From Heteronotia binoei (taxonomy: Eukaryota), in contig NC_083224.1 in assembly GCF_032191835.1 (NCBI RefSeq), positions 113,150,001-113,214,000 of the forward strand: 64,000 bases of DNA. The letters are read 5' to 3'. Position numbers and translations under genes: made by a program. Below the pieces are notes generated by a model that saw only the letters and a list, made by a program, of their open reading frames with translations, did no database searches and had not been told where the DNA came from. Shown here piece by piece: positions 9,708 to 21,760 of this stretch. Each line of letters begins with the position of its first letter. Position 1 is the first letter of the stretch.

Positions 9708-12700
9708 CTGTCAAAAAAAGAGAAAAATATTAATAGCCATAGAAATAAAAAGAAGAAATCAATCTAACCCAAACAAGGCATTTAAAATCTCAAATAATTT
9801 TAATAGGACACATTTTATCATGTGCTTAACACTTGGACAGAAATGAATGGGACTTTTGGCCAGATCCTGTTTAGTTTGTGTTAAACACTCAGCATAAGAA
9901 ACATTCAACTGCAGCCCCCCACCCCAGGAATGCTACCCCCTGAGTAGTCTTGCACATGTCAATAGAGCGCCCTGCTCTTTCTGTTCATCTCTGTGTTTAT
10001 CTTCAATATTTTTAACATTCAGCCATGATATCCATTTAGCCATATAAGCGCATGCTAAAAATGGAAAGGTGTGTGTGTGGGTGCTGTGATGCCACCAATG
10101 ATACCACCAATAACAGCACCTTCTCGTCAAAATCCTGATTATTTAAGACACACGTGGAAGGAAATAAACTGACTCCACAACTGTGAAAATGCAGAGGGAA
10201 GATGTATGGAAGAATTGTGCCCAAACCAATTCCAAAGCTTGACTGACTACCAAGGAAATCAAAAGCAAGTTGAGTATGCAGAAAAGCCACGGTCAAGAAA
10301 CACATATTTTACAAATAAATGTCAAAAATGTTGAGATTGTCAACAATCATGAATGAATGTACAAAATGCATAAAAGATCAGTGAGTGGGGACAATCCTCT
10401 AGCAGTCATTGATAACATTTACCACAATAACTTAATAATTTAAGTCCCATAGGGTGGTTTTGGACACTGACTATATAATATTAGATGTATACAGGGCTTT
10501 TTTGTGCAAAAAGCACAGCAAGAGCTCATTTGCATATTAGGCCACACACCCCTGCTATCACCAGAAGTGATGTCACCCATTCAGAAGGTTACTTTCAGCA
10601 TATTGACACAGAACACTACAGTGCCATTAGCTGCATTTCATGGATGTGTGTTCTCACACAGACCAATAAGAGACCTTGTCTCCCCCCCACAAACATGGCC
10701 AGAGAGAGAGAGAGCCACGTGTGGCGGAATGGGCAGTGGCAGGCCCACCTTCTCCCAGGAGGGGGTGCTCATGGGCAACTCTACTGCTCTCTCTTTGCAA
10801 GCCCTTTGGAGGCTGAAGGTGGCAGAGAGGACAGAACATACAATCTGGGAGTACGTGGCTGCCTAGTGCCTTCCTGCTGCCAGAGACCCTTTTTTTTTGA
10901 GCTGGAGGCCTGGCAAAACCAGCCAGAACTGCGTTCCTGCTAAAAAAAAGCTCTGGATGTATATAATATTCATGATCTCTTCAAGTTTTATTGTGGATGT
11001 TTCCAAACCTCTTTCAGACATTTTAACTGGGCTAATTCAAGGTGTTTTTCAAAGTCATCTGTTCTTGTATATGTCACAGTAACACTAATGATATGCACTC
11101 ACAGAAAATTCTTCTGTTTGAAGCTCCCCTTCTTTATATTCCAGGTCTAAACATTTAAAATTCCACAAATTAATATGCATTATGTTGTAAAAAGATCTCA
11201 CCAAATTAAATTTACAGATTACAGAAACAAATTAGATTTACAGCCTAGATTGTCATCTGTAAGAAGCCAAAACCTAAGTGGAGCAAGTACAGGAGAGGTG
11301 CAGTAAAAAAGCAGGCTCATAAATACAGCTCCTTTCGCGACTCTACTTATAATTTGTCTTGTATCCCAGTCAGAAAGGCAGATTACAAATAATAAATCTT
11401 AGCACCATGACTGGTTGGCCAGGCAAATCAGAAGAAGGCAGATTTTCTGGCTCCTGTGTACAGGAAACTTGATGCCTCTGGTTGATATCTGCACAGACCG
11501 GAAGGAAGATTGTTGGTTTATACCTTGAGATTTGGATTTTTGGATGCCTGAGGGAGCCTGCAAATTTGTGGTGACCACTTGTTTTCTGCTCTTTCTGTAT
11601 AGCAATGATAACCATGGGCTTACATCTGAACATTTATTGTTACTTTTTGTTGCTTACCCAGCAATTACGTGGACTGTGAGAATTTAGGAAAACATGAAAT
11701 GGTTGGTCATTGCAAGCTTCTCTCCTTGCCCTCAGATCTACTACAGCTCTTCAGTGTAATATCCCCCTTTGGCTGTGAGCATCAGTTCTAAGCTCCATTC
11801 AGCAGAGACATGCTGGCTCAAAGCATCAACACTTTATTTGCAATGTCACACAAATCCAGCAAGGAACAGCTTCTAAATGGCCATATAAATGTTGAAAAGT
11901 GAAACTGAGTTCCACTCCATTAAAATACATTGCAGCACAAAGCTGCAAGGAAAACATAGAATGGATTTTCTGTTAAGGTCTCTGGGCCCAGATAGACTAC
12001 TTCCAGAGTAGTCTATCTAGGCACAGAGACCTTAATAGAAAGTCCATTCTGCATTTTCTTTGCAGCTTTGTAAGCCCAGAATTGCTTCCTGCTTCAGCCT
12101 GCAAAAACAAGGAAGAAGGAGCTGGGAATTTCAGCAGCCTTCAAGCTTCAAAGAGTGAAGACAGGAGGAAGAAAGGGAAGAAAAGAGCCAAGCAGGCCTG
12201 ATTAAAGACCTGGAAAGGCTGGATCTGACCCACTGGCCAAACATTTGTCACCCCTGCTTTAGATCTGGCTCTTCAAAGGAATGAAGCCCACTCTGAGTCT
12301 AATACTACAGTTTTACAGTCCAGTCCTATGTACACTTGCATAGAAGTCCTACTGAGTTGTGTGACTGACTTCCACATAAATGTACCAAGGATTGATTTGT
12401 ACGTCAGATTGCAATAATCCAACCACAGCTACTTTTACCAAGAATGCTCACCTTTTTCAATGCAGTGTTCAAACTCTACTGGATCTTTAGATGTGCTTTT
12501 TTCAATCCGTACCGTTTGCACTAAACAATATTTAAAAAAAAATCATGTATCAATCTCATTTCAAATTCTCCTAATCTCACAATAAACTTTTTAAAAAATC
12601 TGTAACCTAAGATAACGTAGCTTGTATTCACTTGTAAGAGACAACTGTCAGAGTTCATGGAAGGTAAAATAAGTATCGGATTAGAGAGCTTTAAAAGGAA

Positions 12701-14767
12701 GACCCCTAGGTAGCTTCATCTAAACTTTCTGACCAGTGGATCCCCCACTCATTTAAAAATCATATTTTTGCATTTTGGTTTTCACATCCCTCCCCCCAAC
12801 TCTGGAGGTTCAACCCCCCCACACACATTTGAATATAAATAGTGCAGCCAGCTCTAATGAAACTAGTAACTTTTGAGTTACAAGTGTCTGAATTCAAGGG
12901 CTCTCTGAATTTAGTGGATCAAGGGTATGCTGTTGATACTGGGTGTTTTTACACTGACAGTTTGTGACTCTCTGTCACCACATTGGAAACTCACCTTTTA
13001 CTTTACCTAACGTTCTCACAACTGTTTTGCATCATTGCTGCCTGAAGCATCTACATTTGTTTAGGTGAGATGAGTTCTGGCACTGCTGCAGCAACCTTTT
13101 TCTCGAAACTAGTTTTGATCTGGTCATTTCTCTACAGGCATTTCAAACTTGTATTGTAGAAGTTTTCATGCGTTTTAAAAGACTCTTCCAAAAGCCACAA
13201 GGTGCAGTAATTTGCATAAGAACTGACAGCACTTGAAATTGTTACATATCATTGCTTGCCTCATCTTGTAATTTAAATTTGTATTGTTTTTGCAGTGTTG
13301 ACACCATTTCCAAGCAATTGTATACATTCAACTAAGCACTGGTATTCCGTCTGCCCTCAGTGTGGACTGAGATTTTCAATCGTTCTTTGTCACAATCTAT
13401 TGTTCCCACTTGTTTGAAGGCTTCTCTTATTGTCCCAATACCAAAGAGGATGCCAGCAAAAGTTTTAAATGACTATAGGCCAGTGGCCTTGACTTCTGTG
13501 ATAATGAAGTGTTTTGAGCAATTAGTTCGAAAATATATTATTTCCTGCCTTCCTGTTACTTTTGACGAACATCAGTTTGCTTACAGGAAAAATAGATCTA
13601 CTGAGGATGCTGTTAATACTGTCCTTTATACTGCCTTATCGCATTTGGATAAAAGGGGGACGTATGTTAGAATGTTGTTTGTGGATTTCAGCTCTGCTTT
13701 TAATACAATATCACCCCATAGATTGTTGTTTAAGCTTAAGGATTTGAAGCTGTCGGACTCTATATGTGAGTGGATTTTGAACTTTTTATCAGGTCGTTCG
13801 CAAAGGGTTAAAATGGACGGATATACTTCTTCCGTGAAGATCTTAAATACTGGCACTCCTCAGGGATGTGTCTTGAGTCCACTTCTTTTCACTATTTACA
13901 CGTCTGATTGTGTTTCTAGTAGTCTGAGTAACAAAATCATTAAGTATGCAGATGATACAACGTTAGTGGGGCTCATCTCTGAGAATGATGAGTCTGCGTA
14001 TAGCAGGGAAGTTCATCAGTTGTCCCTCCGGAGTAAAGTAAATAATCTTATTTTTAATGTAAATAAGACGAAGGAAATTATAGTGGATTATAGGAAGAGT
14101 AGTCTGGACATTCAGCCGTTGTTTATTGATGGTGTTATGGTAGAACAGGTGACAGAATGGAAGTTTTTGGGAATTACTATGAAACAGGATCTAACATGGG
14201 GGGCAAATACTTTAGCTCTAGAGAAAAAGGCCCAGCAACGACTATACTATTTAAGACTCTTAAGATCACAACAACTGTCAGGGAGTCTGCTGGTTGCCTT
14301 TTATCGTAGTTCCATTGAGAGCATTTTATCTTATTGCCTCTGCGTGTGGTTTGGGAGCTGCACGGAAGCAGAGAGAAGGGTGCTCCAAAGAGTGATGGTA
14401 AGAGCACAGAAGATTTGTGGATGTTCCCTCCCCTTATTGGTGGATCTGTATAATATGGGATGTAAAAGGAAGATACAAATGATCTTAAGGGACCCTTCAC
14501 ATCTGGGCCACTTGCTATTTGAGATCTTACCGTCAGGTAGGCGATATAGAGTGTTGAAGGCTAAGACAAATAGATTCAAGGGCAGCTTCTATCCAAGTGC
14601 CGTGGTTAGGCTAAATGCAGGGTTATGAATGGTTATTTGTTTTTAGATGCATTTAAATGGTCTATGTATATGTCCTTTTTTTGGGGTGTTGATGTGTTGG
14701 CATGTTTGTGGAAGAGCACCTCATTTCGTTGCTCTCATTTTCTTTTTTGAGAACAATGACAATAAAT

Positions 14768-14820
<53 letters not shown>

Positions 14821-17800
14821 AGAGACCCCCCCCCCCAATTGAAATGCTTTCAGCAGGAAATATAGAAGTTTGGTACGCAAGATAAGCGCAGCAAATCTAC
14901 AAACGTAAAAGGAAAATAATTAAAGCGGAACAGTGGCAGGCGATTTGAAGACTCTAAAACTCTGGATCAAACTGAATGTAAAAACACCCATCGTTTACCT
15001 AGATTTCAGTAAAGTTTTTGACACAGTTCCCCATGATGTTCTGATGGGTAAACTAGAGGATTGTAGACTGGACTCTAGGATAGTTAGGCGGATAGGGAAC
15101 TGGTTGGAGAACTGCACTCAAAGTGTAGTTGTCAATGGCATTTCATCTGAATGGAGGGAGGTGTCCAGTGGGGTGATACAGGGTTTGGTTTTGGGCCCGG
15201 TATTTTTCAAGATTTTAATCAAATTATCTGGATGAGGGTGTTAGAGGGGCTACTCATTAAATTTGCAGATAACACCAAATTGGAAGAAGCAGTGAACACA
15301 ACAGAAGACAAAGATAGAGACAGAATTCAATGAGATCTCAACAAGTGGGTGGAAAAATGGGTGGAAGTGAACAAGATGCAATTAACAAGAATAAGTGCAG
15401 AGTTTCACATCTGGGTAACAAAAATGACTGATACATACTGACGTTACATTGGCGCTCATAAGGGGATTTTATCTTTAGGACCTAAACTAAGGCCAGATAC
15501 ATTTGTGGTCTTCCAAAAATTGTGTCATTCATTTCCATATTGGAACATTTCATTTTGGGTCTTACATTAATTTTTTTATTGATTTATAAGCATAACTGGA
15601 ACTTTGTTGTATTTTGACCTCTGAACAAGGCCTCTGCAGGCCAAAACGCATCAGGTCATGTATGTATCTTTCACATGCATTTGTCACTTTGATGTTTTTA
15701 TGAGGCTTCATTTGGGCCCCTACAAGGTTTTTATGTTTTTGTAATAAACATGTAAACTTCTGATATCTTTAACCTTTGGTCCTTTAATATTCTAAACTTC
15801 AAAGAATTCAGGTTTTCACGGCTGGTAACATCATTAGGGTTTGTAGAATCTTTCGGGATCAAGTGCCGTGTTCTACTGGAGAAAGTTTTCCTTCCAGACG
15901 TTTCGTTCTCAGCTGCGGAGAACATCCTCAGTGGCGTTGCAGCCGGAGCAGGCGCTCAGACCTTCTTGGCTGCACAGCACAGCAGCCAAGAAGGTCTCAG
16001 CGCCTGCTCCGGCTGCAACGCCACTGAGGATGTTCTCCGCAGCTGAGAACGAAACGTCTGGAAGGAAAACTTTCTCCAGTAGAACACGGCACTTGATCCC
16101 GAAAGATTCTACAAACCCTAATTCTAAACTTCCTTTGGGGGTTTTAACAAAAATGAAGAACACACATACTGGATGAGGGATGCTATAATGATGTAAATGT
16201 ATTTAAAGGGCTGTAGCCAGGATTTCATGTTTGGTGGGGCCCATAGCAGGATGTTTTTGATTTGGGGGGGCCAGAGGGACACCCAGTTTGGCAGCCCAGG
16301 GCTCTCGGCACTGTAAGCTGCCTTGAGTTCCACAAACTAACCCCGCTCGCCTGGGCAGTCACAGCAGCTGTTCTCCTCCCACCCCTTTCTTATGTGTCCA
16401 TCTATCAGAGAGACAGAGACCTCTTGACTCTCCCCCCACCTTTGCTCTGCAAGGTGTGTTAGGGAAGGGGAGAGAAAAAAAGTGAAAAGACCAACAGCAA
16501 TGCTACTTGTTGAAAGTGGCGGGCAGCAAAGGGGACAAATTGGGGGCGCTCCAATGGAGGGGCCATACAGTTGGAAGGGGGGGATTTGAAAGGATGGGCC
16601 TGGCCCATCCTTTTATATTTTAAAATATAAAAGTCTCATCCTCAGGGCCACACTGTCCAACAAAGAAGCCTTAGACTGAGCTTGGGCACAATCAGTGGGG
16701 AATGTTAACTGAAGTGTTTGGAATAAAATGCCCTTCTGGGTAGCAGTGTGTATGAACAAGATCTTGGGGTATAGGTGGACTATAAGTTAAATGTAAGCAG
16801 TTAGCGTGATGCAATGACAAAAATGGCTAATGAGATTTTGGGGTGTTATCAGCAGAGGCATAACATCCAAATTGTAAGATGTCATAGTTCTGCTTTACAC
16901 TGTATTGGTCAGGCTGCACCTGGAGTATTGTGTGTTCTGGAGGCCTCACTTCAAGAAAGATGTGGACAGAATGGAGCAGGTGCAGAGGAGAGCAACAAGG
17001 ATAATCTGGGGCTTGGAGACCAAGCCCTATGAGGAAAGACTGAAGGACTTGGGAATGTTCAGTCTGAGGGGGGGGACATGATTGCTCTCTCTAAGTATTT
17101 GAAGGGTTGTCACTTAGAGGAGGGCAAGGAGCTGTTCCTGTTGGCAGCGGAGGAGAGGATTTGCAATAATGGGTTTAAATTAAGGGTGGGAAGGTACCCG
17201 CTGAATATTAGGAAAAACTTTTTTACAGTAAGAGTTGTTCAACAGTGGAATCAGCTACTGAGGGAGGAGGTGAATTTCCCCTCTATGGCAGTCTTTAAGC
17301 AACAGCTGAATCAACACTTGTCACGGATGCTCTAGGCTGATCCTGCACTGAGCATGGGGTTGGACTAGATGGCCTGTGTGGCCCCTTCCAACTCTATGTT
17401 TCTAGTGTGCTGTACATATAATGTCAGAATCTGGATACAAGTATCTTCTCTTCCTTAATCCCAAGAATCCCTTTGGTTTACAGTGCAGTAGCCTCTGTCT
17501 AAATAAATATTACTCCAGATTGGGCTGACTCTAGATAATTCTAGTTACTTAGAACCAGTGCGACCATTTTGGTTGCTAGGCCCAAAGATACAGTGAGCTC
17601 AGTTCAACTCTGAGCAGCCTGAAGTTACCAAGACGTCCTAAGATACAGAGTTGCTGCTTTCTACTCCGGAGAAAGAATATACCACTGTGTCGTGAACGTT
17701 ACAGAGGCTCAAAACTATGCATCAAGTTGCAAATATTTATTTTAATGCTTCTTTTTCTCTGGAGCCTTAGAGAACAAGAAGCATTAAAATAAATATTTGG

Positions 17801-20124
17801 AACTTGATGCATAGTTTTGAGAATCTCAGTGTAAAAGCTTAAGTTTGCTTATATGTGCATCTCTTGATAAAGATATTTATCAAAACAGGAAGTATAATTA
17901 TCAAAATTCTATTGAGAACCTACTTTATCCACATTTGGAGAATTCATACTAGTCCTGAGTGTTGAATATTCTTTACACATTCCTTGGAAGCGTGGAATTT
18001 TATTGGAACTTGATGGTTTGGTTTATGTATTTTGACCATTGTCTTAATTGGCAACAGTGTGTGTGTTACAACTAGTGTTTTGTGTAGCTTTCAAAACCAA
18101 AAGCATATTTCAAAAGTTCCTATCTGCTACCTCTAGGCTCATTGTTCTTTTTAAAATGTAGGTATATTTTCACAGATGGAAATTTACCACAGTGTACAAG
18201 AAATGAACTTCACACCATGAAGTTAAAAAAAACCCCAAGAGATATATGCTGATAAAAATTAATCTTTCATGAGTGTATACAACAGCTCAGAAAAGATTAC
18301 AAGTGTTATCAGTCAGATCTAAATTAACTGCTAGCTAAAAATCTGGAAATAAAAGCCTACTTTATATATATATATATATATGAGATATATGTATTCTCAT
18401 GAAACAGTTTTTCATCTCTGAATATTAAAATATATATTATTACAGAACATTTTATTCATATAAAAAAGTGGTTGTCAACCTTTGCAGTTCCTGAACCTAC
18501 AAAGCATCGAACACACTGGCTTAAATACACCAGAAAGATTTCAGTACACAGAGTGGGATTTCTGGCCTCCCCTCCCACTGTATCCTAAAATGGCCCCTGA
18601 AATGGAGTTCCTGGGGGTCTGTCCCCTACCCTTAATAGCATGTAAGAAAATTCAATGGCCTGCTGGTAGAAGATTAGGAAAACCGAGGTAACATAAACCA
18701 AGTACCAGGAAATGTACCATAATGAGAAACAAACACAAATCAGAGGTATGGAGGAATATGACTGAGAGTGCCCTCAACTTCTTGTCCTACTGCTCTTTTC
18801 CACGTGCACACAAAGAGAATCAGGAGGTATGGCTTGTTCTTAACACAAGCTCACTGGTTCAGTAAGGAAACATATATCCAGTCAAATGCTGAACAATAGG
18901 GACATACATATCCAATCAAATGGGCACCAGAGAGTCCCAATTCATGGGTTGAAAACCACCAATGTGAACTATGTAACATTTAGACTATATTGTTCATAAA
19001 TTAAAAAAATAAAACTTGACTATCTAGTACACCTTACCTAAATAACACTGGATTGTAAGCTTGCTTATAATGATACATTTATGAAAATAAATAATAAACT
19101 CCTGTGGAAACATCCCAGTTGTTGTCCAAAATGTTTCAGACTGTCTATTTAAGAGAGAGAAAAGGACAGGTTCTAATACACATGCATATATTTGTAACAT
19201 GAACATTTCAGAATTCAAATTCATCCATAAAAAACTTAGATCTATTTGATAATGTATTTGAAAGAATTCAAACTATAACTGATTCTGCCTGTTATCCACT
19301 ACATGAGTAAAAATTCTGCACAAGCAGCATTCTCACTGAAGGTTTTAGACAACCCGCTATTATTTCAGCCTTAGTGACCGTCATCTCATCCCTTACTTGG
19401 GAATAATAATAATAGCAGCCTATCACAGGGCTGTTGCAAGCATTACTGATAGTACATGAACTCTTGAAACACATGAAGAAGCAGCAGGACTGCTGTTAAA
19501 ATTATTCTTCAATGAGTCTTATTTTCAAAGTCATAGCAATTTTTAAAATTAGTACTAACACTTAGATTTTAGTATTTTCCCCCAAAATACTTCACTAACA
19601 TTTGCAATAAGATAATGACAACAATTATGATGTAACCCATCCTTATTGTTCCACTATTACAGATTCAGGGATGGAGCCAAGGAAATTAAAGTTGCCCCTT
19701 GTGAGTTCATAGTAGTCTGCCATACAATAAATAATCACAGTAGAGGTAACACTTGAACTAGGGACTTCCTCAACCACAGCTCATTCTCTCTGACATTATG
19801 TTGTAAGAGCTACAATTCTAATTATTGTTGAATTTTGCAAGAAATTTATGGTTTTACAGAGGTTAAGAACTGTTAAGTTTGGAAGACATCCTACATATAA
19901 CATGTTATCAAACATAAGTTGATGTGAAAACAAACACTTCTATGTTCCACTCGTGGGAAGGGCGGGATACAAATCCCAAATAAATAAATAAATAAATAAA
20001 TAAAATAATTCAGGATCCATACTTACCCATCAATGATATTTTCTGGAGGGTATTTTTCATCACTTGATGTTGCTAGAATAACATCTGTTCCTTCAGTGCT
20101 AAGACAAAAGTTTGTTGATTTCAT
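9600..20124 (-). CDS. IFT25: Intraflagellar transport protein 25 (HSPB11), 141 aa: join(20124-20027,19144-19038,12520-12452,11146-11103,9707-9600)
   Basis: Five GT-AG exons totalling 426 nt in consistent phase; [33 protein letters not shown]...[16 protein letters not shown]...[25 protein letters not shown] matches IFT25 as recalled. Confidence 0.95.
10492..10955. mobile_element. hAT-type MITE, 8-bp TSD GATGTATA
   Basis: TIR cagggctttttt / aaaaaaagctctg; exact TSD at 10484-10491 and 10956-10963. Confidence 0.85.
11103..11146 (-). CDS. IFT25: IFT25 coding exon 4
   Basis: [15 protein letters not shown]; tag acceptor, gtgagt donor. Confidence 0.9.
11937..12071. repeat. Imperfect inverted repeat, about 65-bp arms with a 5-nt loop (probable MITE)
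   Basis: acaaagctgcaagg...agatagactact / agtagtctatct...tttgcagctttgt. Confidence 0.75.
12452..12520 (-). CDS. IFT25: IFT25 coding exon 3
   Basis: [23 protein letters not shown]; tag acceptor, gtgagc donor. Confidence 0.93.
13355..14820 (+). mobile_element. 5'-truncated Rex1/Babar-type LINE with uninterrupted RT/C-terminal ORF and (TATC)n tail
   Basis: ORF 13360..14628 (422 aa): [67 protein letters not shown]; AATAAA at 14761 followed by a TATC tail at 14769-14820. Confidence 0.85.
15615..15658 (+). ncRNA. Degenerate minimal type I hammerhead ribozyme (Penelope-type)
   Basis: Stem I TGACCT/AGGTCA, core CTGAACA (G8 mutated), stem II GGCC/GGCC, AAAA in place of GAAA, triplet ATC. Confidence 0.55.
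15894..15934 (-). ncRNA. Mirror copy of the hammerhead core (sense to IFT25 pre-mRNA)
   Basis: Exact reverse complement of 16021-16061. Confidence 0.75.
16021..16061 (+). ncRNA. Minimal type I hammerhead ribozyme core, intact
   Basis: CCA-CTGAGGA-T-GTTCTC-loop-GAGAAC-GAAA-C-GTC-TGG. Confidence 0.75.
17708..17821. repeat. AT-rich inverted repeat, about 53-bp arms
   Basis: ctcaaaactatgcatcaagttgcaaatatttattttaatgcttct / agaagcattaaaataaatatttggaacttgatgcatagttttgag. Confidence 0.75.
19038..19144 (-). CDS. IFT25: IFT25 coding exon 2
   Basis: tag|A CAG TCT GAA ACA TTT TGG ([16 protein letters not shown]); donor gtaagg. Confidence 0.93.
20027..20124 (-). CDS. IFT25: IFT25 coding exon 1
   Basis: ATG at 20124; ends GATGG|gtaagt. 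Confidence 0.93.
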
Positions 20125-20454
20125 TTTCTTCTCAGTCCTTTATCAAGAGTCGCCACACCATTTACTGAGAATGTTGTTTAGTTGCTTAGCAAAGATGAAA
20201 AGACAAATGGTGCAAATGAAAGAATCTTTAATGATTGTATAACCTTCTCGCACTTCGCATGCAGCTTTATCAGGTGGAATCTATCAGAGTCTTTAAGTTC
20301 TGTTCCCAATATACACTATAGCTAAGTTTTCTCTCATGTAGTTGCTTAGCAGCCAATTCCACCTCTAAAGGAAAAGCCAGACACTGAGCGTAATTAAGGA
20401 AAAATTCGTTCACCAACAGCTGTTTCCTAAATTACAGCCAAACAACCCAAGAAT

Positions 20455-21760
20455 AGATAAGAGAAGTCATGTTGGATCACGTCAATGGCCCATCCAGTCC
20501 AACACTATGGTCAAACAGTGGCCAAAAAACCCAGCAGCCATCAGTGCGGCCACGACACTAGAAGCTCTCCCACTGTGCCCCCCCAAGCACCAAGAATACA
20601 GAGCATCACTGCCCCAGACAGAGAGTTCCAACAATATGCTGTAGCTAATAGCCACTGATGGACCTCTGCTCCATATGTTTATCCTATCTCCTCTTGAAGC
20701 TGTCTATGCTTGCAGCCCTTTGGGTGAAGAAGTACTTTCTTTTATTTGTTCTAGCCTGACTGCTCAGCAATTTCATTGAATGTCCACAAATTCTCGTATT
20801 GCGAGAAAGGGAGAAAAGTACTTCTTTCTCTACTTTCTCTATCCCATGCATAATCTTGTAAACCTTGATCATATCACCCCTCAGTTGACATTTCTCCAAG
20901 TTAAAGAGCCCCAATCGTTTTCACCATTCTTTGTAGGGAAAGTGTTCCAACCATTTAATCATTCTAGTTGCCCTTTTCTGCACTTTTTCCAATGCTATAA
21001 TATCTTTTTTTGAGGTGTGGTGACCAGAATTGTACACAGTATTCCAAATGAGGCCACACCATTGATTTATACAGGGCATTATGATACTGGCTGATTTGTT
21101 TTCAGTTCCCTTCCTACTAATTCCCAGCATGCCATTGGTCTTTTTTTTACTGCAGTTGCACACTGTCTCAACATTTTCAACGAGTTATCTACCACGACCC
21201 CAAGATCTCTCTCTTGGTCAGTCTCTGCCAGTTCACATCTCATCAACTTGTATTTATAGTTAGGATTTTTGGCCCCAATGTGCATTACTTTGCACTTGGT
21301 CATTTGCCATGCTGATGCCCACTTGCCCAGCCTCGACAGATCCCTTTAGAATGCCTCACAATCCTCTCTGGTTCTCACCACCCTGAACAATTGTCATCTG
21401 CAAACTTAGCCACTTCACTGCTTACTCCCAACTCCAAATCATTAATGAACAAGTTTAAAAGCATCAGGCCCAGCATTGAGCCCTGCAGCACCCCACTGCT
21501 TACCACCCTCCACTGCGAAAATTGCCAATTTATACTCACTCTCTATTTCTTATTAATTAGCCAGTTTTTGATCTACAAGAGGACTTGTCCTTTTACACCA
21601 GGACTCTTGAGCTTACTAAGGAGCCTTTGATGAGGAACTTTATCAAAAGTTTTCTGGAAGTCAAGGTAAACAACATCTATTGGGTCCCCTTTGTCCACGT
21701 TTGTTCACCCCCTCAAAGAACTTTAACAGGTCCTTAAAGAACCCATGCTGAGTCTTTCTC
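20455..21760 (-). mobile_element. 5'-truncated CR1 LINE in the IFT25 5' intron
   Basis: ORF2 fragments 20684..21303 (CKVMHIGAKNPNY, ERDLGVVVDNSLK, KVQKRATRMIK); same family as 45119-46189. Confidence 0.88.

Larger units (their letters stand above)
15801..16120. mobile_element. Young Penelope-type inverted pLTR pair with 12-bp TSD
   Basis: Arms 15833-15973 and 15982-16122 match at 140/141 positions; TSD ATTCTAAACTTC at 15789-15800 and 16121-16132. Confidence 0.85.
14960..17403 (+). mobile_element. CR1 3' portion split into 14960-15435 and 16730-17403 by about 1.3 kb of nested inserts
   Basis: The first part ends at HLGNKN and the second resumes LLGSSV.EQDLG, nearly adjacent CR1 ORF2 motifs; 3' end gccccttccaactctatg. 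Confidence 0.8.

Noticed and set aside
15731-16176. ORFs of 64-102 aa over the palindrome (and 34836-35453)
   Set aside because: These are mirror-image products of the inverted repeat, with no protein motif.
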